DNA of 64,000 bases from Tubulanus polymorphus (taxonomy: Eukaryota > Animalia > Nemertea), in the NCBI RefSeq assembly GCF_964204645.1, contig NC_134033.1, positions 13,648,655 through 13,712,654 of the forward strand. Reading direction: 5' to 3'. Below the pieces are notes generated by a model. That model saw only the letters and a program-made list of their open reading frames with translations, had not been told where the DNA came from and searched no databases. The position numbers and the translations under genes are program-made. Below, one piece after another: positions 1 to 13,097 of this stretch (its first letter is position 1; every line of letters starts with the position of its first letter).

Positions 1-300
1 CATTATATGAGTGTGATGGCATAGTAGACTATTATCCACTCAAGTCAAATTTGTTTAACTTGAGGTCATTATTCAAGTGTGATATTATAGTAGTCTGCAC
101 TCAATTTGACTTGTATCTGATGGTACAGAAGACTACTCTCAGGCAGATCTTTTGATTTGAGAGATATCCTCAAGTTTGATGGTACGATAGACTCTACTGA
201 AGTCAGATCTTTTGACTTGAGAGCGAAATCAGAGTTAGATGATACGGCAGACTCTGTTCAAGTTATCTGACTTCAGAGTGATATCCAAGTTGTATGGTAC
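1..300. repeat. Degenerate ~58-60 bp tandem repeat (MYO7A intron)
   Basis: Recurring GATGGTAC..AGACT(A/C)T..AAGTCAGATCTTTTGAcTTGAGA blocks, about 5 diverged copies. Confidence 0.6.
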
Positions 301-991
301 AACAAAAAATTTTAATCTTTAAAATTTATTGTGGATGGCTTTCATATTCAAGACCCCGAGAGACCCAGAGAAGGAAGTTCCTACTTTATATCACTTGTAA
401 GTAACAATAATCTTGAAGAATCCCCGTGACGCCACTAGTTACAAAGATCTAATCTTAATCTTACGGCTTTGTATCGGCGTCTCTGAGCGAATCCTCTCCA
501 AGCCGACTGCACGACCACCGATCCTTTCTTCATCATCATGAACCGTCTGCGACACTGCCATCCACGGATACATTTCTGTATGATAATGATCTTCTTCGTT
601 AAAACGCGATCTCGTTCCTGTTCCAGGTAAACGTCTTGAGCATCCTACACGCACAAATATAACAAACAAACATCATTAAAAAATCTGAATATTTCTAATG
701 TCTCTCAATAAACATAAACTCCAACTCCAGGACACAGTTCTGTGATGCTTTTTTACTTTGATTTGAAAATTAAAACTTAATTCATAACTGTGGAACTGAG
801 TCCAGGTATATCGAAGCCAGCCACTCTGATAATGCTGGGAAAGAAAATTCAGCCAGCACCAGAATTCAAACCCATAAACCCTGAATTGAAGTGAATGCTC
901 AATATATTTTGAAGGACGTCTGAATTCCCCAAGTTTGACAGGTTTTCCTGGTCAGTAGCCGGATTGAGTCTCTATCAGAGGTCATACGTAC

Positions 992-3900
992 CTTCAAGAA
1001 TACTTTGGTTTTCCCGAGTTGATAATCAGCGTTCGCTCCGAACACGGCCTGGCAGATATTTTTCGACAACACTTTCGCGTCGGATCGCGACGGCGAGGGT
1101 AAACCGTCGACGAGTATCCGGTATCGTTCGACGAACGCCGGGAACGAGTGACGTATCGGGTATCCGGCTCGACGTATCCGGATTGTCTCCATCATCCCGG
1201 AATATCTCAACTGACGACAACACAGCTCACGATCAAATATCTGCCGGTATTTATAATTAGTACTATTAATTAATTCATTATTCAAAAGCATTTTGCATTA
1301 AAACAATGTCATAGCTCTTAACAAATTATATTCTAAAAGTGACTACAAGTCATGAAACTCTTTTCCAACAAAAATTTTAAAAATCTAAGACATGTTTAAA
1401 GACTCCGCTGATGGTTGGTTTTGGATATTTGGCAAAATGTTCCACTACAGATCAGATGCTGATAACGAGTTTTAGCAGATTTCTATTGATTTGGAATACG
1501 AATGTAATCTTTGCCGTAGAAGACAATTTGTCTTGATTTAGAAAACGGCTAAAATGCTGCGCCATCAGGGAACTTTCAATATCTTGTTTTATGTATTTGC
1601 ACGATAATTTACCATTGGTTTCTTGAATTCATTTGGTTTAATGCACCTCACGAAGAATGGTTGACACGTCTCTAATGTTTTCATCAGCGATTCCAGTGAT
1701 TTTTTGAACTGAACCCCGAGTGTCGGAGTTCGTTTCCTCGTTTCATTTCCCTGAAACAAAAATGATTACAATCTAGAAACAGGTTTTTACATAATTTGAA
1801 CCCAGTTCCCACGTTCCTCTAGAAATGGTTGAACATGTGAGCAGATCTAGGGCAGTTTTGGTTCCCATGTTTTTCAAGAAATGGTTGAACATGGGGAGAT
1901 CTAGGGGGCAGTTTTGGTTCCCATGTTTTTCAAGAAATGCTTGAACATGGGAAGATCTAGGGGGCAGTTTTAGTTCCCATGTTTTTCAAGAAATGCTTGA
2001 ACATGGGGAGATCTAGTGGGGCAGTTTTAGTTCCCATGTTTTTCAAGAAATGCTTGAACATGGGGAGATCTAGTGGGGCTGTTTTGGTTCCCATGTTTTA
2101 ATATATGTTTTAATAGAATATCTAACCCTGATGGTGGAACTCCACTTGTGCACTTTTTGGTTTATCCGAGTAAAGAGACCCCCCACCTTCCAATCTACCT
2201 AGATTCACCCCTGGAATCATACTTACCATCGCAAAATCTTTATGGAATATTTTCTTCAGAAACGCGTTGTTTGAATTATGAATCAGTTGAATCAGATCTC
2301 CGCTGAAAGTGTCTCGATTCTTTTCCAAAAACCCTGAGAAAATTAACATAAATCACGCGATGAAAGTTGAAGGCTATTCTTCCCAACATCGGTAACATAT
2401 TTCAATGGATTTCTAGTAACTAACCGTTAGCTTCGTAGAACACAACGCCAGCAAAATGATTCAAACCGAAACTCTGATTGATTTCTGCTTTGGGTTTTAG
2501 ATAATTGCGGTTACTGCCATGTTGTTGATGAAGTTTATTCAACATTGTGCCATCGGAGCCCTGAAAAATATTCACAAGCATATACCACAAATTATGAGCA
2601 CACACTGAATGAAGGTCATGAATAATTTCTCCTTAACTCTTACTAATCATTTGGTTCAAACTTTTACCAGTTGCAACATAACCAAGTAAGAGACAGAATC
2701 TACCGCGCATTTCACAAAATCTAACTCAGTATTCAGTACCAACTCAGGATAGAAACCGGTTTCAACTTTACTGAGTAAGAAACAAACTCTTCTACTATAT
2801 TTCACAAACTCTAACCCAATATTTTATACTAACGCGGGGTGGAATTTGATCAGTCCAAACTGCAGTAAGAGACAAAGGCTACTATATTTCACAAACTCTA
2901 ATCCAATATTTTATACTAACGCGGGGTGGAATTTCATCAGTCCAAACTGCAGTAAGAGACAAAGGCTACTATATTTCACAAACTCTAACCCAATATTTGA
3001 TACCAACTCGGGGTGGAATTTCATCAGTCCAAACTGCAGTAAGAGACAAAGGCTACTATATTTCACAAACTCTAACCCAATATTTGATACCAACTCGGGG
3101 TGGAATTTCATCAGTCCAAACTGCAGTAAGAGACAAAGGCTACTATATTTCACAAACTCTAACCCAATATTTGATACCAACTCGGGGTGGAATTTCATCA
3201 GTCCAAACTGCAGTAAGAGACAAAGGCTACTATATTTCACAAACTCTAACCCAATATTTTATACTAACGCGGGGTGGAATTTCATCAGTCCAAACAGCAG
3301 TAAGAGACAAAGGCTACTATATTTCACAAACTCTAACCCAATATTTGATACCAACTCGGGGTGGAATTTCATCAGTCCAAACTGCAGTAAGAGACAAAGG
3401 CTACTATATTTCACAAACTCTAACCCAATATTTTATACTAACGCGGGGTGGAATTTGATCAGTCCAAACTGCAGTAAACTGAGACAAAGGCTACTGTATT
3501 TCTCAAACTCTTACTCAGTATTTGACACGATCTGAGCAAAATATCTACTTAACCGAGTAAAACTGAGTCTACTGTATAGTGAACTGATATAAATCTCAGT
3601 ATTGTTAACGAATAAAAACCCACAGTAGATTTGTTACAAAAATGTGTTTTTCTTGTTCCTCTGAAGATGAGGTTTACGTCGAAACTGTTAGGAAATAAAC
3701 TGTTTCTTGAAATCTACTGTGGATTTTTATTCATAGAGTCTACTGTACTTTTCACTATCTCTCACTATCTCAGTATTCGACACTAACTCGGAACGGAATC
3801 ATCATTTTCTACGATCGGATAATTTAACGTACTTTAGGAAATCGACTCTCCTCGTCGATTAAAGCGAGAACGTTCATAGGTTTAACAGCGATCATGTCGA

Positions 3901-6900
3901 GTGCGTGTTGATTATCGACGAACTCGATGTGCGACCAGTTGATATGTTCGTTATTGTACTCCTCTTGTTCGATCTTGAAAATGTGTCGCACGAAAAACTG
4001 TTGCAGATTCTCGTTGGCGAAATTGATGCACAACTGTTCGAAACTGTCGTCGAAAAATAGACAAACGGACAAAAATGTACCTCCTCGAAGGCATTGAATA
4101 AGAGGTCTTAGTAAGATATCACAATTTCAATTGTTTGAATAAAGGTCGCAGTCATGACAAGTTCACCCTTTCAGTGATGACTAAGCAATACCCAAAAGTG
4201 CTGGAGATAATTTGAAAATTTAGAAAAATTCCCGCCCCAGTGTTTGGAATAATGAGCATATCGCTTTAGCCCGTCTACATCGCAGTGCGGTGTATGATTA
4301 GTTACTTATATTTCACTACATTTGATAGACGCTGCAAGTAATTACTAATTACATCAATAAGCTGCGATGTGGTGTACAAGTGTACTAGTAAAGTCCATTG
4401 CACTATTGATTTATACACTGCACTGAAAGGGTTAAATCTTAAACCAGCCATGAAGTTTTTAGATGATGGTCGTAAGAACCAAATTGGACCATTGCTAGAT
4501 TGGTTTATTGACCAAAACAGACTTGAAACGGCCTTAAACATAAGCGCTGACTTGCCATTGACTCGAGGCTCCATAAAATTTCTGGTTTCTTAGCGAAATT
4601 TTGGTACCTGTTTTTGTCGAAGTTTTCGAATCCGAATATATCCAACACGCCGATGCGCTGCAGCGCGAGATGACTGCCTTGTATCGGTTGAAAAATAGCG
4701 TCGTTAATTTTGTCGACGATCCACACAAACATACGACCGTAGATTCCTTTAACGAACGCGTCTCGTACGTCTAACGAGTGAGCCGTACCTACATAACAAC
4801 ATAAATAGCAAGTCTTTACATATCAGTCGTTCCTGGATATAAGGAGTTCTAAAGGAGGAAATTACAAATTACGAGGAAGCGTCTGCATCACTTTCATATT
4901 CCAATTACTGTAGAGACTCCTCCTAAATCAGTATTGTTTATCTTGGTAAATGGATAATTCGGTTGTTTTGTAAGCAAATATTTATCCTTGACATTAACAC
5001 TACTAAACTCAGTTTCTAATTCGGTAACTACCTAATTGGGTAAAGGATCCTGGTCCCAACTTTATCAGTTTTTTTGTGTAGTTTACTGTACAACTACAAA
5101 CATTTCTAGTTGCCTATTTCTCAAATTGAAGGAGTTTTAAAGGAGTTTTGGGCATTTTGCTCAAATTAAAGGAGTTTCAAGCACCTTAAAACGACCTATT
5201 TCCATTTAGAAGGAGTTTTTAAAGAATTGAGGAGTCGTAGGGATGCTGTTACATGTAAAAACTTTCTAAAGATTATTTCAAAAATTATATTAAATGCTTG
5301 AGGAGTTTTCGAGTTTATCATCTAGATCCCATAACTTGGAAGGTCAAGGTATATTCAACTCCTCTCAGGGATAAAAACCAAACTAATCAGACGAAATGAC
5401 TTACTCATCGTCGAGACGACTGTTTCGCCGCGTGTGAATAAAGTTCTCATCGTCAACGAATCGATTAAATCTTGAGCTTTCACTCCGAGCAGACGCGCAG
5501 CTTTATTGATCTCAGCCGGATTCATTATCTCAGTCGCGTCGAGATTCTGTACGATTTTCGCTATAAACAGAACATTTTCATCGGTTACACGAACAGCACG
5601 ACAAATCCAACATTCGAACAATGGAAATCAAGGGATCCAATTGATGTGGCAAGCAAGGTTCCACCAGGTGTCGCTAGTGTGGATTCAGATAACAATGCCA
5701 GATTTCTTCTCAGATTCTATTGATATTTAGCCATAATTCATCGAATTCTATGAATGATTAGGAAATTTGCCAAGTTGAAATTTGCCTAATTTCTGTTGTG
5801 GGAGGCTAAAAATCGTATGTTAGTTGTATTGAAATGCACGCCATCTAGTGGGATAGCAGGGTCCTCATTGATTAAATTTTTAAGTCCCTGAATTATCAGT
5901 AAACATACCTGAATAACGTAGATTCCCGATATGAAGCAACGCCGCCAGTATTTTCAAAATATCCCAAACTTCGGCGTCTTTGAACATTAAAACTTTCATC
6001 GCTGATCGAATATCAGCGAATTCCTTCGTATCGTCCCGACCTTCACAATAGATGTCGCCACCCTACAATAATATACACAGATATTGAGTTATGCTCTTTT
6101 AATTGTAAACCCAGTTTTACCGGTTAAACCCTTTAATTCAAGTCATGACCAAAATTTCCACACGAAAGGAAATAACATAGTTCAATAACGTAAAAATAGA
6201 CAGGACCCAGTTCCACAGTTGCGAGTTAGACTTAACTGTGAGTTAAAGTTAGTTCATTTTCAATGTTTTAACCCAGGGTCAAATCTTAACTCAGAACTGT
6301 GGAACTGGACCCGGGTCTTCCACCCAAGCCTGAAGTCTAGTCCTGTTTATTTTCATAAATCTAGCGGGATCCAGAGGGCAATTTTGAGGGACTCGCATTT
6401 GAGCAAATTGTTCTCACTACTCATGAAATAAACGGTAACCTAAATCACGAACCAAATTCTATCTATCGTGAAGTTAAAATTTTACCTGTATGAGGTAGTA
6501 ATATTCAGACGCGTCCTTGACCTCTAGTTTCAGTCGTTCGTCTGCGGTCATTCCCTGCAGCATGCAGTAGAATATATGATAATTGCGTTCATCGTGAGCC
6601 TGGTTGACGATTCGAGATTTCTCCAGTAAATACTGCTCGATCTTCGCGCCGTCGATTGCGCCCTTGTTGTTGAAGTGTATGTCGATGTATTTACCGAATC
6701 GGCTCGAGTTGTCGTTACGGATTGTCTTCGCGTTACCGAACGCTTCCATGATCGGATTCGCCTCGAGGATTTGCTGCTCGATCCACGAGTGTTGTCCGCT
6801 GATCGCGGCGAGGAATTGTAAAATCAATTTCGTACTTTCCGTTTTGCCGGCGCCGCTTTCTCCGCTGAAATGGTGAACATTTCAATGTCAGACAACGATA

Positions 6901-9900
6901 ACCACACTCAAATGTGGTGAACAGATAATAAGATAAAAACCGACCATTTACAGATTAAAAGAATTTAAAAACAAGAATTTATTTATTCAATCTAAAATAT
7001 ATATAAGACACGACGTTTCGATCTCACCCTAGAGATCATCGTCAGGTGTGAGACCTTTCACACACTTTTCTCACACCTGACGATGATCTCTAGGGTGAGA
7101 TCGAAACGTCGTGTCTTATATATATTTTAGATTGAATAAATAAATTCATGTTTTTAAAATTCTTTTAATCTGTAAATAGTGGGTTTTTATCTTATTTCAA
7201 TGTCATGCCTGTTATACAATACAGCGCAGTGGAATTTTTCTTAAGTTTCAAATTATCTGCAGCTCATTCGGGAGTTAATTAGTCAGAACTGAAAGGTTTA
7301 ATGTAATACAATGGAAACCAGCCACCAGAGGGCAGTTTCACATTTATTCCCAGGGTCCAGTTCCACAGTTCTGAGTTAAGATGTGACCCGAGTTAACTCA
7401 TTGAAAATGAACTAACTTTAACTCAGAGCTAACTCTAACTCACAACTGTGGAACTGGGTCCTGAGTTTTTCCTAACTTTCCTGTAGCCCTAATAAATAAC
7501 ACAAAATTCCCGAACGAATCTTCAGCAAGTGAATTAGAGAAATGTCTTGGGTTTAGAATATTACAATTTATTCATTTCTCACCAATTGCGTATTGATAAA
7601 GAAATGCGTGCCAAATAGCACATCTTATTTCCCTGATTTTTCCAGGATTTTTTGCAAAATTTGTCAAATTTCCAGATTTTTCTTACCTGATAATGATACA
7701 TTGATCCTGACTGTAGCGTCTCATGTTGTAGTAACTATTATCAGCGATCGCGAATATATGCGGAGGCAGTTCGCCGATTTTTCTATCGCGATACATTTTA
7801 ATCTGTTCCGAAGTGTAAATCGGTAGGATCTGATACGGGTTCACCGCGACTAAAATCGATCCCGTATACGTCTAAAATAACGGTACGAAAATATCGTAAA
7901 CCATCGAATAAAATTGACACGAAAAGAAGCCCACATTTTGAGATTCATTTCGAGAAAATGACCATAGTTGAGACAGGGTAGCCACTTTCCGCCAGTTGAC
8001 AAATTCCCTGCATTTTCCATCTTATAACACCAAATTCCCAGTTAGTGTTTCAATTAATTCATTCTATATGAATCCCATATTGATAAAGAAACACGTGGTC
8101 AATAAAGTATCCGAATTCTCCGAGTTTTCAAGGTTGTTTTGCAAAATTTGTCAATTTTTTTCTAGATTTTTCTGATTCCACGAGTTTTCCAGGTCAGTGG
8201 CGCCACCCAGTGGGATAAAATTTCAGGAATTTTTTCGGGATTTAAATTTCACTCACGTAGATGAGGTTGTCTTTGTATCTGATGTAAAGATTGCGTAATA
8301 TTCCGGACTCGTGTAAATCTCCCAGTACAATCATATCCGTTACGCCCGTGAACGACGTAGGGTGCATGTGCTTGATTTTCGTTCCCGCTTTCAGCCATTT
8401 TTCCTAGAAAAATGAAATATAAACCTCTTTCATTCCTGGAAGCGCCTAATAAAGAAAACGAGTCATTTTAATCGATGATATCGTAGAGGGATTTGAGAAG
8501 AAGCCATCTTTTCTGAAAGTAACTAATCTCCCGTAAGCCGAGATGTTAAGACAATTGTCTCGATGACCTCGAAGTTGAGGCGACCGGCATCTTTTCTGGA
8601 TAAAAATAAACAGGTAAAATCTGATGACACCATACGTAGTTTGTTTTTACAGAGGCTGGATAGATCTGATCACCATACTATATGATGATGTCATAGGGGG
8701 ATTTTACTTATTTCCAAACGACTGAAGATGAAAATCTATAGAGAATCGCACAATAATAAACGATGAAATAATGATATAAAGTCTGACCATTAGAATATAG
8801 TGGAAACGTTGAATTAACTACACTAGCTCTAGGAAACTTTCAGACTTCGTATCATTTTTTTGATATCATTGTGTGATTCTCTATAGGCCTAGATTATTGT
8901 CATCACACGGATATAGAGTTTTATCAATGGTTAATACAGATGAAATCAATTAAACTGTTGATGTCATAAGGGGATTAACGGGGGCAGCCATTATACCTGT
9001 CCGTCGTCGTCTACCACTTGAATTTTTCCCGACTCGGAGAACTTGACGACGGCTCCGATCGCCGTTTCGAATTCACCTTTATTATCCGGCTCGATCCAGA
9101 TGTGGTCGCCCTACAAGAGAATTCAAATCGATTCAATTTAACGATTCGAGGAAAAAATACAATTCAGATGAAATTCTTAAAAAAAAAAACTGCATTTTCT
9201 ATTGTAGTTTTTGGAAATGAAAATTACAAAAATACAGGAATAAAACAGATCCAGATGCTACTGTCGTAATTAGTGGCCACACTGGACTGGGTTTCATAGA
9301 TGTGGAAGAAAAATAGTCCCTGGGAAACATTTTGAAGTTTGTCAGTTATAACCATGGTTTCTCATTGTTACTATGAGGGTTGTCATCCAGATTGAGGATT
9401 TAACCCTAGGGATAACTTTGATACTCAGTCTATGAAACCGGGCCATGGACTCACTGTAAAGGGAAGTCTTCAGCCCGAAGTTCACGGCTACCCGTGATAT
9501 ACATTACATAGTATATAACTAGAAACAGTAATTACTGTTAATATTCAATAGTTGAGAACAGAACTCGTTTTCAATATTCAGTCAACAGCTCTTCATCAAA
9601 TGAATCGACTGTGAACAAATTTAATGTCTGATAATAACGCGACGACGGCGTCTGTGACGTAATCACGAAAATAGATAATCATCGGCTATAGTCTGTTTAC
9701 GCTTGAGAACTAAAGGGGATGTATAATAGTCTCATAACGTTCATTCAACAGCAAAATTCTTGTTTCTTTTTGATCGGCTGTGAAAATGATTTTTATATTT
9801 CATATATTCTAAGCTCTTCAACTAGCAGACGCTTCAAACAATTTCGTTTGAAAAAAATGAAGCATTTTAGCGAAAAGAAATTTCCCTCCAACCGACCGAC

Positions 9901-10501
9901 AAGTGCGCACTTGGCTTTGTTTAATCTCACTTCGCAAATAGATCAAAGTATTCGATATCTTATACAGCTCGGTACAGTACGACAAAATACAAATAATCAA
10001 ATATAAGGAAACTTAGGGAAACAATTAAACATTGAATGAATTAATAGAATGAAATAGCCGATGGGTAAAAAATGCAATTTATTGCGCCGTAAAAACCATT
10101 AATGTTTATTGATACTGAGTAGGCCTATGCGTTATTTAAGGTGTTCTGTTGATGTGCACGACATCATTGGCGTTTCAAAATTACAAATCTACAAATGTGA
10201 ATTTTGGCGTTCATTTTGCAATTAAATGTATTTCATCACACTTAATCTATATTTGATAGATTTTGATAATTATTTTCGTGAGGATGTGCACTACATCGTC
10301 GATATATCAGGGCTAGACTGGTTGCCAGTCAATTCAATTCAATGATCGATATATTCAAATCCAAAATAACCTTATTGACCCTTAATATTATATAATCAAA
10401 AGTCATTGTAGACAATATTAATCAATTTATGGGTTACCTTGGTGTCAATATCCTTTCGAATTCGATGTCTTTTTCGAACTTACCTTCGATAAAATCACCA
10501 T
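992..10501 (-). CDS. MYO7A: Unconventional myosin VIIa, N-terminal/motor-domain exons (gene continues past window start)
   Basis: GT-AG exons: 10484-10501 (MVILSK), 8997-9110 (GDHIWIEP..), 8257-8403, 7687-7871 ([13 protein letters not shown]), 6486-6864 ([13 protein letters not shown]-loop; NDNSSRFGK), 5909-6062, 5405-5560, 4608-4788 ([12 protein letters not shown]), 3833-4043 ([17 protein letters not shown]), 2425-2560, 2227-2333, 1613-1750 (FVRCIKPN), 992-1240 ([29 protein letters not shown]). Phases join consistently. The N-terminus MVILxxGDHxW is typical of myosin VII. Confidence 0.95.
1821..2100. repeat. ~56-57 bp minisatellite, ~5 copies, each self-complementary
   Basis: Unit GAAATGCTTGAACATGGGGAGATCTAGGGGGCAGTTTTGGTTCCCATGTTTTTCAA with internal AACATGGG/CCCATGTT inverted repeat. 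Confidence 0.9.
2790..3530. repeat. 87-bp minisatellite, ~8.5 copies
   Basis: Near-identical units in two variants (TTTTATACTAACGCGGGG and TTTGATACCAACTCGGGG); the source of the spurious 29-aa-repeat ORFs. Confidence 0.95.
3656..3694 (+). ncRNA. Putative minimal type I hammerhead ribozyme in a ~120-bp Penelope-like pLTR fragment
   Basis: TTCCT-CTGAAGA-T-GAGG TTTA CGTC-GAAA-CTG-TT-AGGAA: stem I TTCCT/AGGAA, core CUGANGA..GAAA..UH, stem II with one mismatch. Flanked by a 21-bp inverted repeat (3611-3631 / 3711-3731). Confidence 0.6.
4166..4431. mobile_element. piggyBac-type MITE (same family as 46220-46507)
   Basis: CCCTTTCAGTG ... CACTGAAAGGG terminal inverted repeats; right flank TTAA, left flank degenerate TTCA. 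Confidence 0.75.
4822..5250. repeat. Dispersed repeat, second copy at ~12045-12330
   Basis: Shared blocks TTCCTGGATA.AAGGAGTT, CATCACTTTCATAT, CTGTACAACTACAAAC and GCATTTTGCTC. Confidence 0.65.
6203..6312. mobile_element. Palindromic ~110-bp MITE (GGACCCAGTTCCACAGTT family)
   Basis: TIRs GGACCCAGTTCCACAGTT/AACTGTGGAACTGGACCC. Other copies at 7352-7462, 33713-33822, 33825-33940, 58181-58263; degenerate copy near 727-805. Confidence 0.8.
7008..7049 (-). ncRNA. Minimal type I hammerhead ribozyme (mirror copy, sense to MYO7A pre-mRNA)
   Basis: Exact reverse complement of 7073-7114. Confidence 0.8.
7073..7114 (+). ncRNA. Minimal type I hammerhead ribozyme (Penelope-associated)
   Basis: ACAC-CTGACGA-T-GATCTC-TAGGGT-GAGATC-GAAA-CG-TC-GTGT: stem I ACAC/GTGT, perfect 6-bp stem II, palindromic ACGT in place of stem III. 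Confidence 0.8.
7352..7462. mobile_element. Palindromic MITE (GGACCCAGTTCCACAGTT family)
   Basis: TIR pair GGGTCCAGTTCCACAGTT / AACTGTGGAACTGGGTCC. Confidence 0.8.
7974..8209. mobile_element. Non-autonomous DNA transposon, CAGGGT(A/G)GCCAC-terminus family (hAT-like)
   Basis: CAGGGTAGCCAC...GTGGCGCCACCC with internal TTCCCTG/TTTTCCAGG motifs. Relatives at 41565-41938, 45713-45850 and 48120-48501. Confidence 0.55.
9282..9445. mobile_element. MITE with ~18-bp TIRs
   Basis: TGGACTGGGTTTCATAGA ... TCTATGAAACCGGGCCA. Confidence 0.55.
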
Positions 10502-10974
10502 GGTTACCGATGAAATTTATTTCTGCGATTATCCGATCATCAAAACTTCATATCATTTTCCGGGCGAAGCTGAAAGATACAACATAAACTGCGTTACGCC
10601 TCGTAAGATGATTAGAAAGCTTCTTATTTCATCAATTTATGAACCAGGAAGTTTCATTTTTTTTACTGGGAAATTGTGCCAGTTAATGGACAACTGGGAA
10701 ATTGTCCCAGCAAAGTGTATATATAATATACAGGGTATACTTTCATTCAGGTACAGTTGTAAAGCTGACTATGCAAGGGCTGGTTTTCTTATAATGGAAA
10801 AATCATGAATTTCAAGATTGGCCTAGTTTCAAGACATTCAGAATTGTCCAGGTTCCTACATAAAAAATGATACAATGAAACATTGTTTCTCCTGATTGGC
10901 CGGGTCATTTTTCTAAAATGCAATATAATTTGAATCCGTACATTACTTTCTAAAAAAGTAATGTAGAGGATATT

Positions 10975-11491
10975 TAGGAGGCCGGTCGAGTCAACTTTTA
11001 AGCTCTAGATAGGAGGCCGGTCGGGTCAACTTTTAAGCTCTAGATAGGAAGCCGGTCGGGTCAACTTTTAAGCTCTAGATAGGAAGCCGGTCGGGTCAAC
11101 TTTTAAGCTCTAGATAGGAAGCCGGTCGGGTCAACTTTTAAGCTCTAGATAGGAGGCCGGTCGGGTCAACTTTTAAGCTCTAGATAGGAGGCCGGTCGAG
11201 TCAACTTTTAAGCTCTAGATAGGAGGCCGGTCGATTCAACTTTTAAGCTCCAGATAGGAGGCCGGTCGGGTCAACTTTTAAGCTCTAGATAGGAGGCCGG
11301 TCGAGTCAACTTTTAAGCTCTAGATAGGAAGCCGGTCGGGTCAACTTTTAAGCTCTAGATAGGAGGCCGGTCGGGTCAACTTTTAAGCTCTAGATAGGAG
11401 GCCGGTCGAGTCAACTTTTAAGCTCTAAATAGGAGGCCGGTCGAGTCAACTTTTAAGCTCTAGATAGGAGGCCGGTCGGGTCAACTTTTAA
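10975..11491. repeat. 35-bp minisatellite, ~15 copies
   Basis: Unit TAGGAGGCCGGTCG(G/A)GTCAACTTTTAAGCTCTAGA, head-to-tail with no spacers. Confidence 0.97.
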
Positions 11492-13097
11492 GGTCAGCAG
11501 AAATGAGAAACAAGTGTCAATTTCTTTTAGCCTAAAAGCAATTTTCTTCATCTTCATTAATCCATTGCTTCTATAATAACAACTTTTCTGAGAATTTATC
11601 TCCATCAACACGAAACGTAAAAGGAAATAATTTTCAATTAGGTCTAGATGAAAATATTTGGAGTTTTTTTTTAGATCCTAGAACATGCGCGCAATATCAA
11701 ACGCAATAATAACAGAATAATAATCATTCGTCATTTCAACCATCTGTCGTAGATTTATTAAACGCACACAGATGGTTTAATTATGATGAAGGTATTTTGA
11801 GGGGGTTAACATAGCTGTGCACACTATCCCATGCTTTCAGCGCTGTGTCACGGTATATGTCAATATCGTGGACAATATATGTGTAAAATTATGTCAAATC
11901 TGATGGCAGAGCGGGATCAATACTGCGAGTTCAAGGCTAATGACATCCGTCATAAATACCGAAACATACATAATATTGTATGAAATTCTGCCAATGCTAG
12001 TTTTTTTGTAACCAACTTATGGGACAACAGGTACAAGGACTCGTCGCTCAGTTATTCCTGGATAAAAGGAGTTTTCGAGGAGAAAATTTCTAGGAATTGT
12101 CCACATCACTTTCATATCCCCCCACGACTCCTAATCTTGTGTTATCTTGTACATTGGTTTTGGTAAATTTCTATCCTACAACCAACACTTCTTATTTTGG
12201 ATTTCTAGGCATAGTCTGCTGTACAACTACAAACTAGACAAAAATGACTAATTGCCTATATTTCTTTAGAAGGAGTTTCAGGCATTTTGCTCTTATCAAT
12301 GAAGTTTCAAACCGTAAGGAATCACGGAGTTGTAATAAGATTATAGTTTTTCATTAAATAAAACAGAATCTATGTTTTTGATATTGCGGTTTCTTGACAA
12401 ATTAAAGTAAGGTTAGGTCTATAGACTGTCATAGATCTTTCAATCCTATCGAAGCCCACGGCATTTATAGAAAAAAATTACTCTTTAAAGAGAAGAGCCA
12501 CTCCACAATTTACAATACGCGGAACTTAATGAGAAGGGTTTAAAATACATGACAAGCGACATTGTGAATGAAAGCAGGTTTCATCGCTACTGCGTGTCAG
12601 TGATATAGGTCAGCGGTGAATTCGGGAATGTTTGAAATTCATTCATAAAATCAATTACCAATCAGGTCGGACAAAGCAATAGTTTACGAATTAGACACAG
12701 GTGAATACTAAGTAAATTCCATATTCACACCTTAGAATACGCAGGGAAAATAGAATAAACATCGGCCTTATTAGATATGGAATTGATTTAATAGGAGGAT
12801 TGTTTGTAGCTAATAAATATTCATCATAAAAATATACGTCAATTTATATTCTAGTATTTAGGCCTGCTTACGTTGATCCAGGCTAGACTGACCAAAAGAG
12901 TTTTGTATTATAAGACTTTGTTGGAACTGCAATAGTGATAATCACTGATATAAGACCTCTGTAAGACCCCCCCTAGGAATAACTTGGGTCCCAGAGTGAA
13001 CAAGGAGATAATAAATGAGATGATTATTAAAACAATTAATTAGGCTTATACACCCTAACTATTGGATTCAGTCTCAAGAATGAAAATTATACCCAGA

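Larger units (their letters stand above)
6896..7197. mobile_element. Inverted duplication of a Penelope pLTR (palindrome) in a MYO7A intron
   Basis: 6896-7052 matches the 3' end of the Penelope element at 14170-14327; 7069-7197 is its reverse complement. Confidence 0.85.

Noticed and set aside
2846-3535. 229-aa repeat ORF and overlapping ORFs
   Set aside because: By-product of an 87-bp (3n) intronic minisatellite that is open in several frames.
10975-11491. CRISPR-like 35-bp repeats
   Set aside because: Units are contiguous with no unique spacers, there are no cas genes, and the context is a eukaryotic intron.
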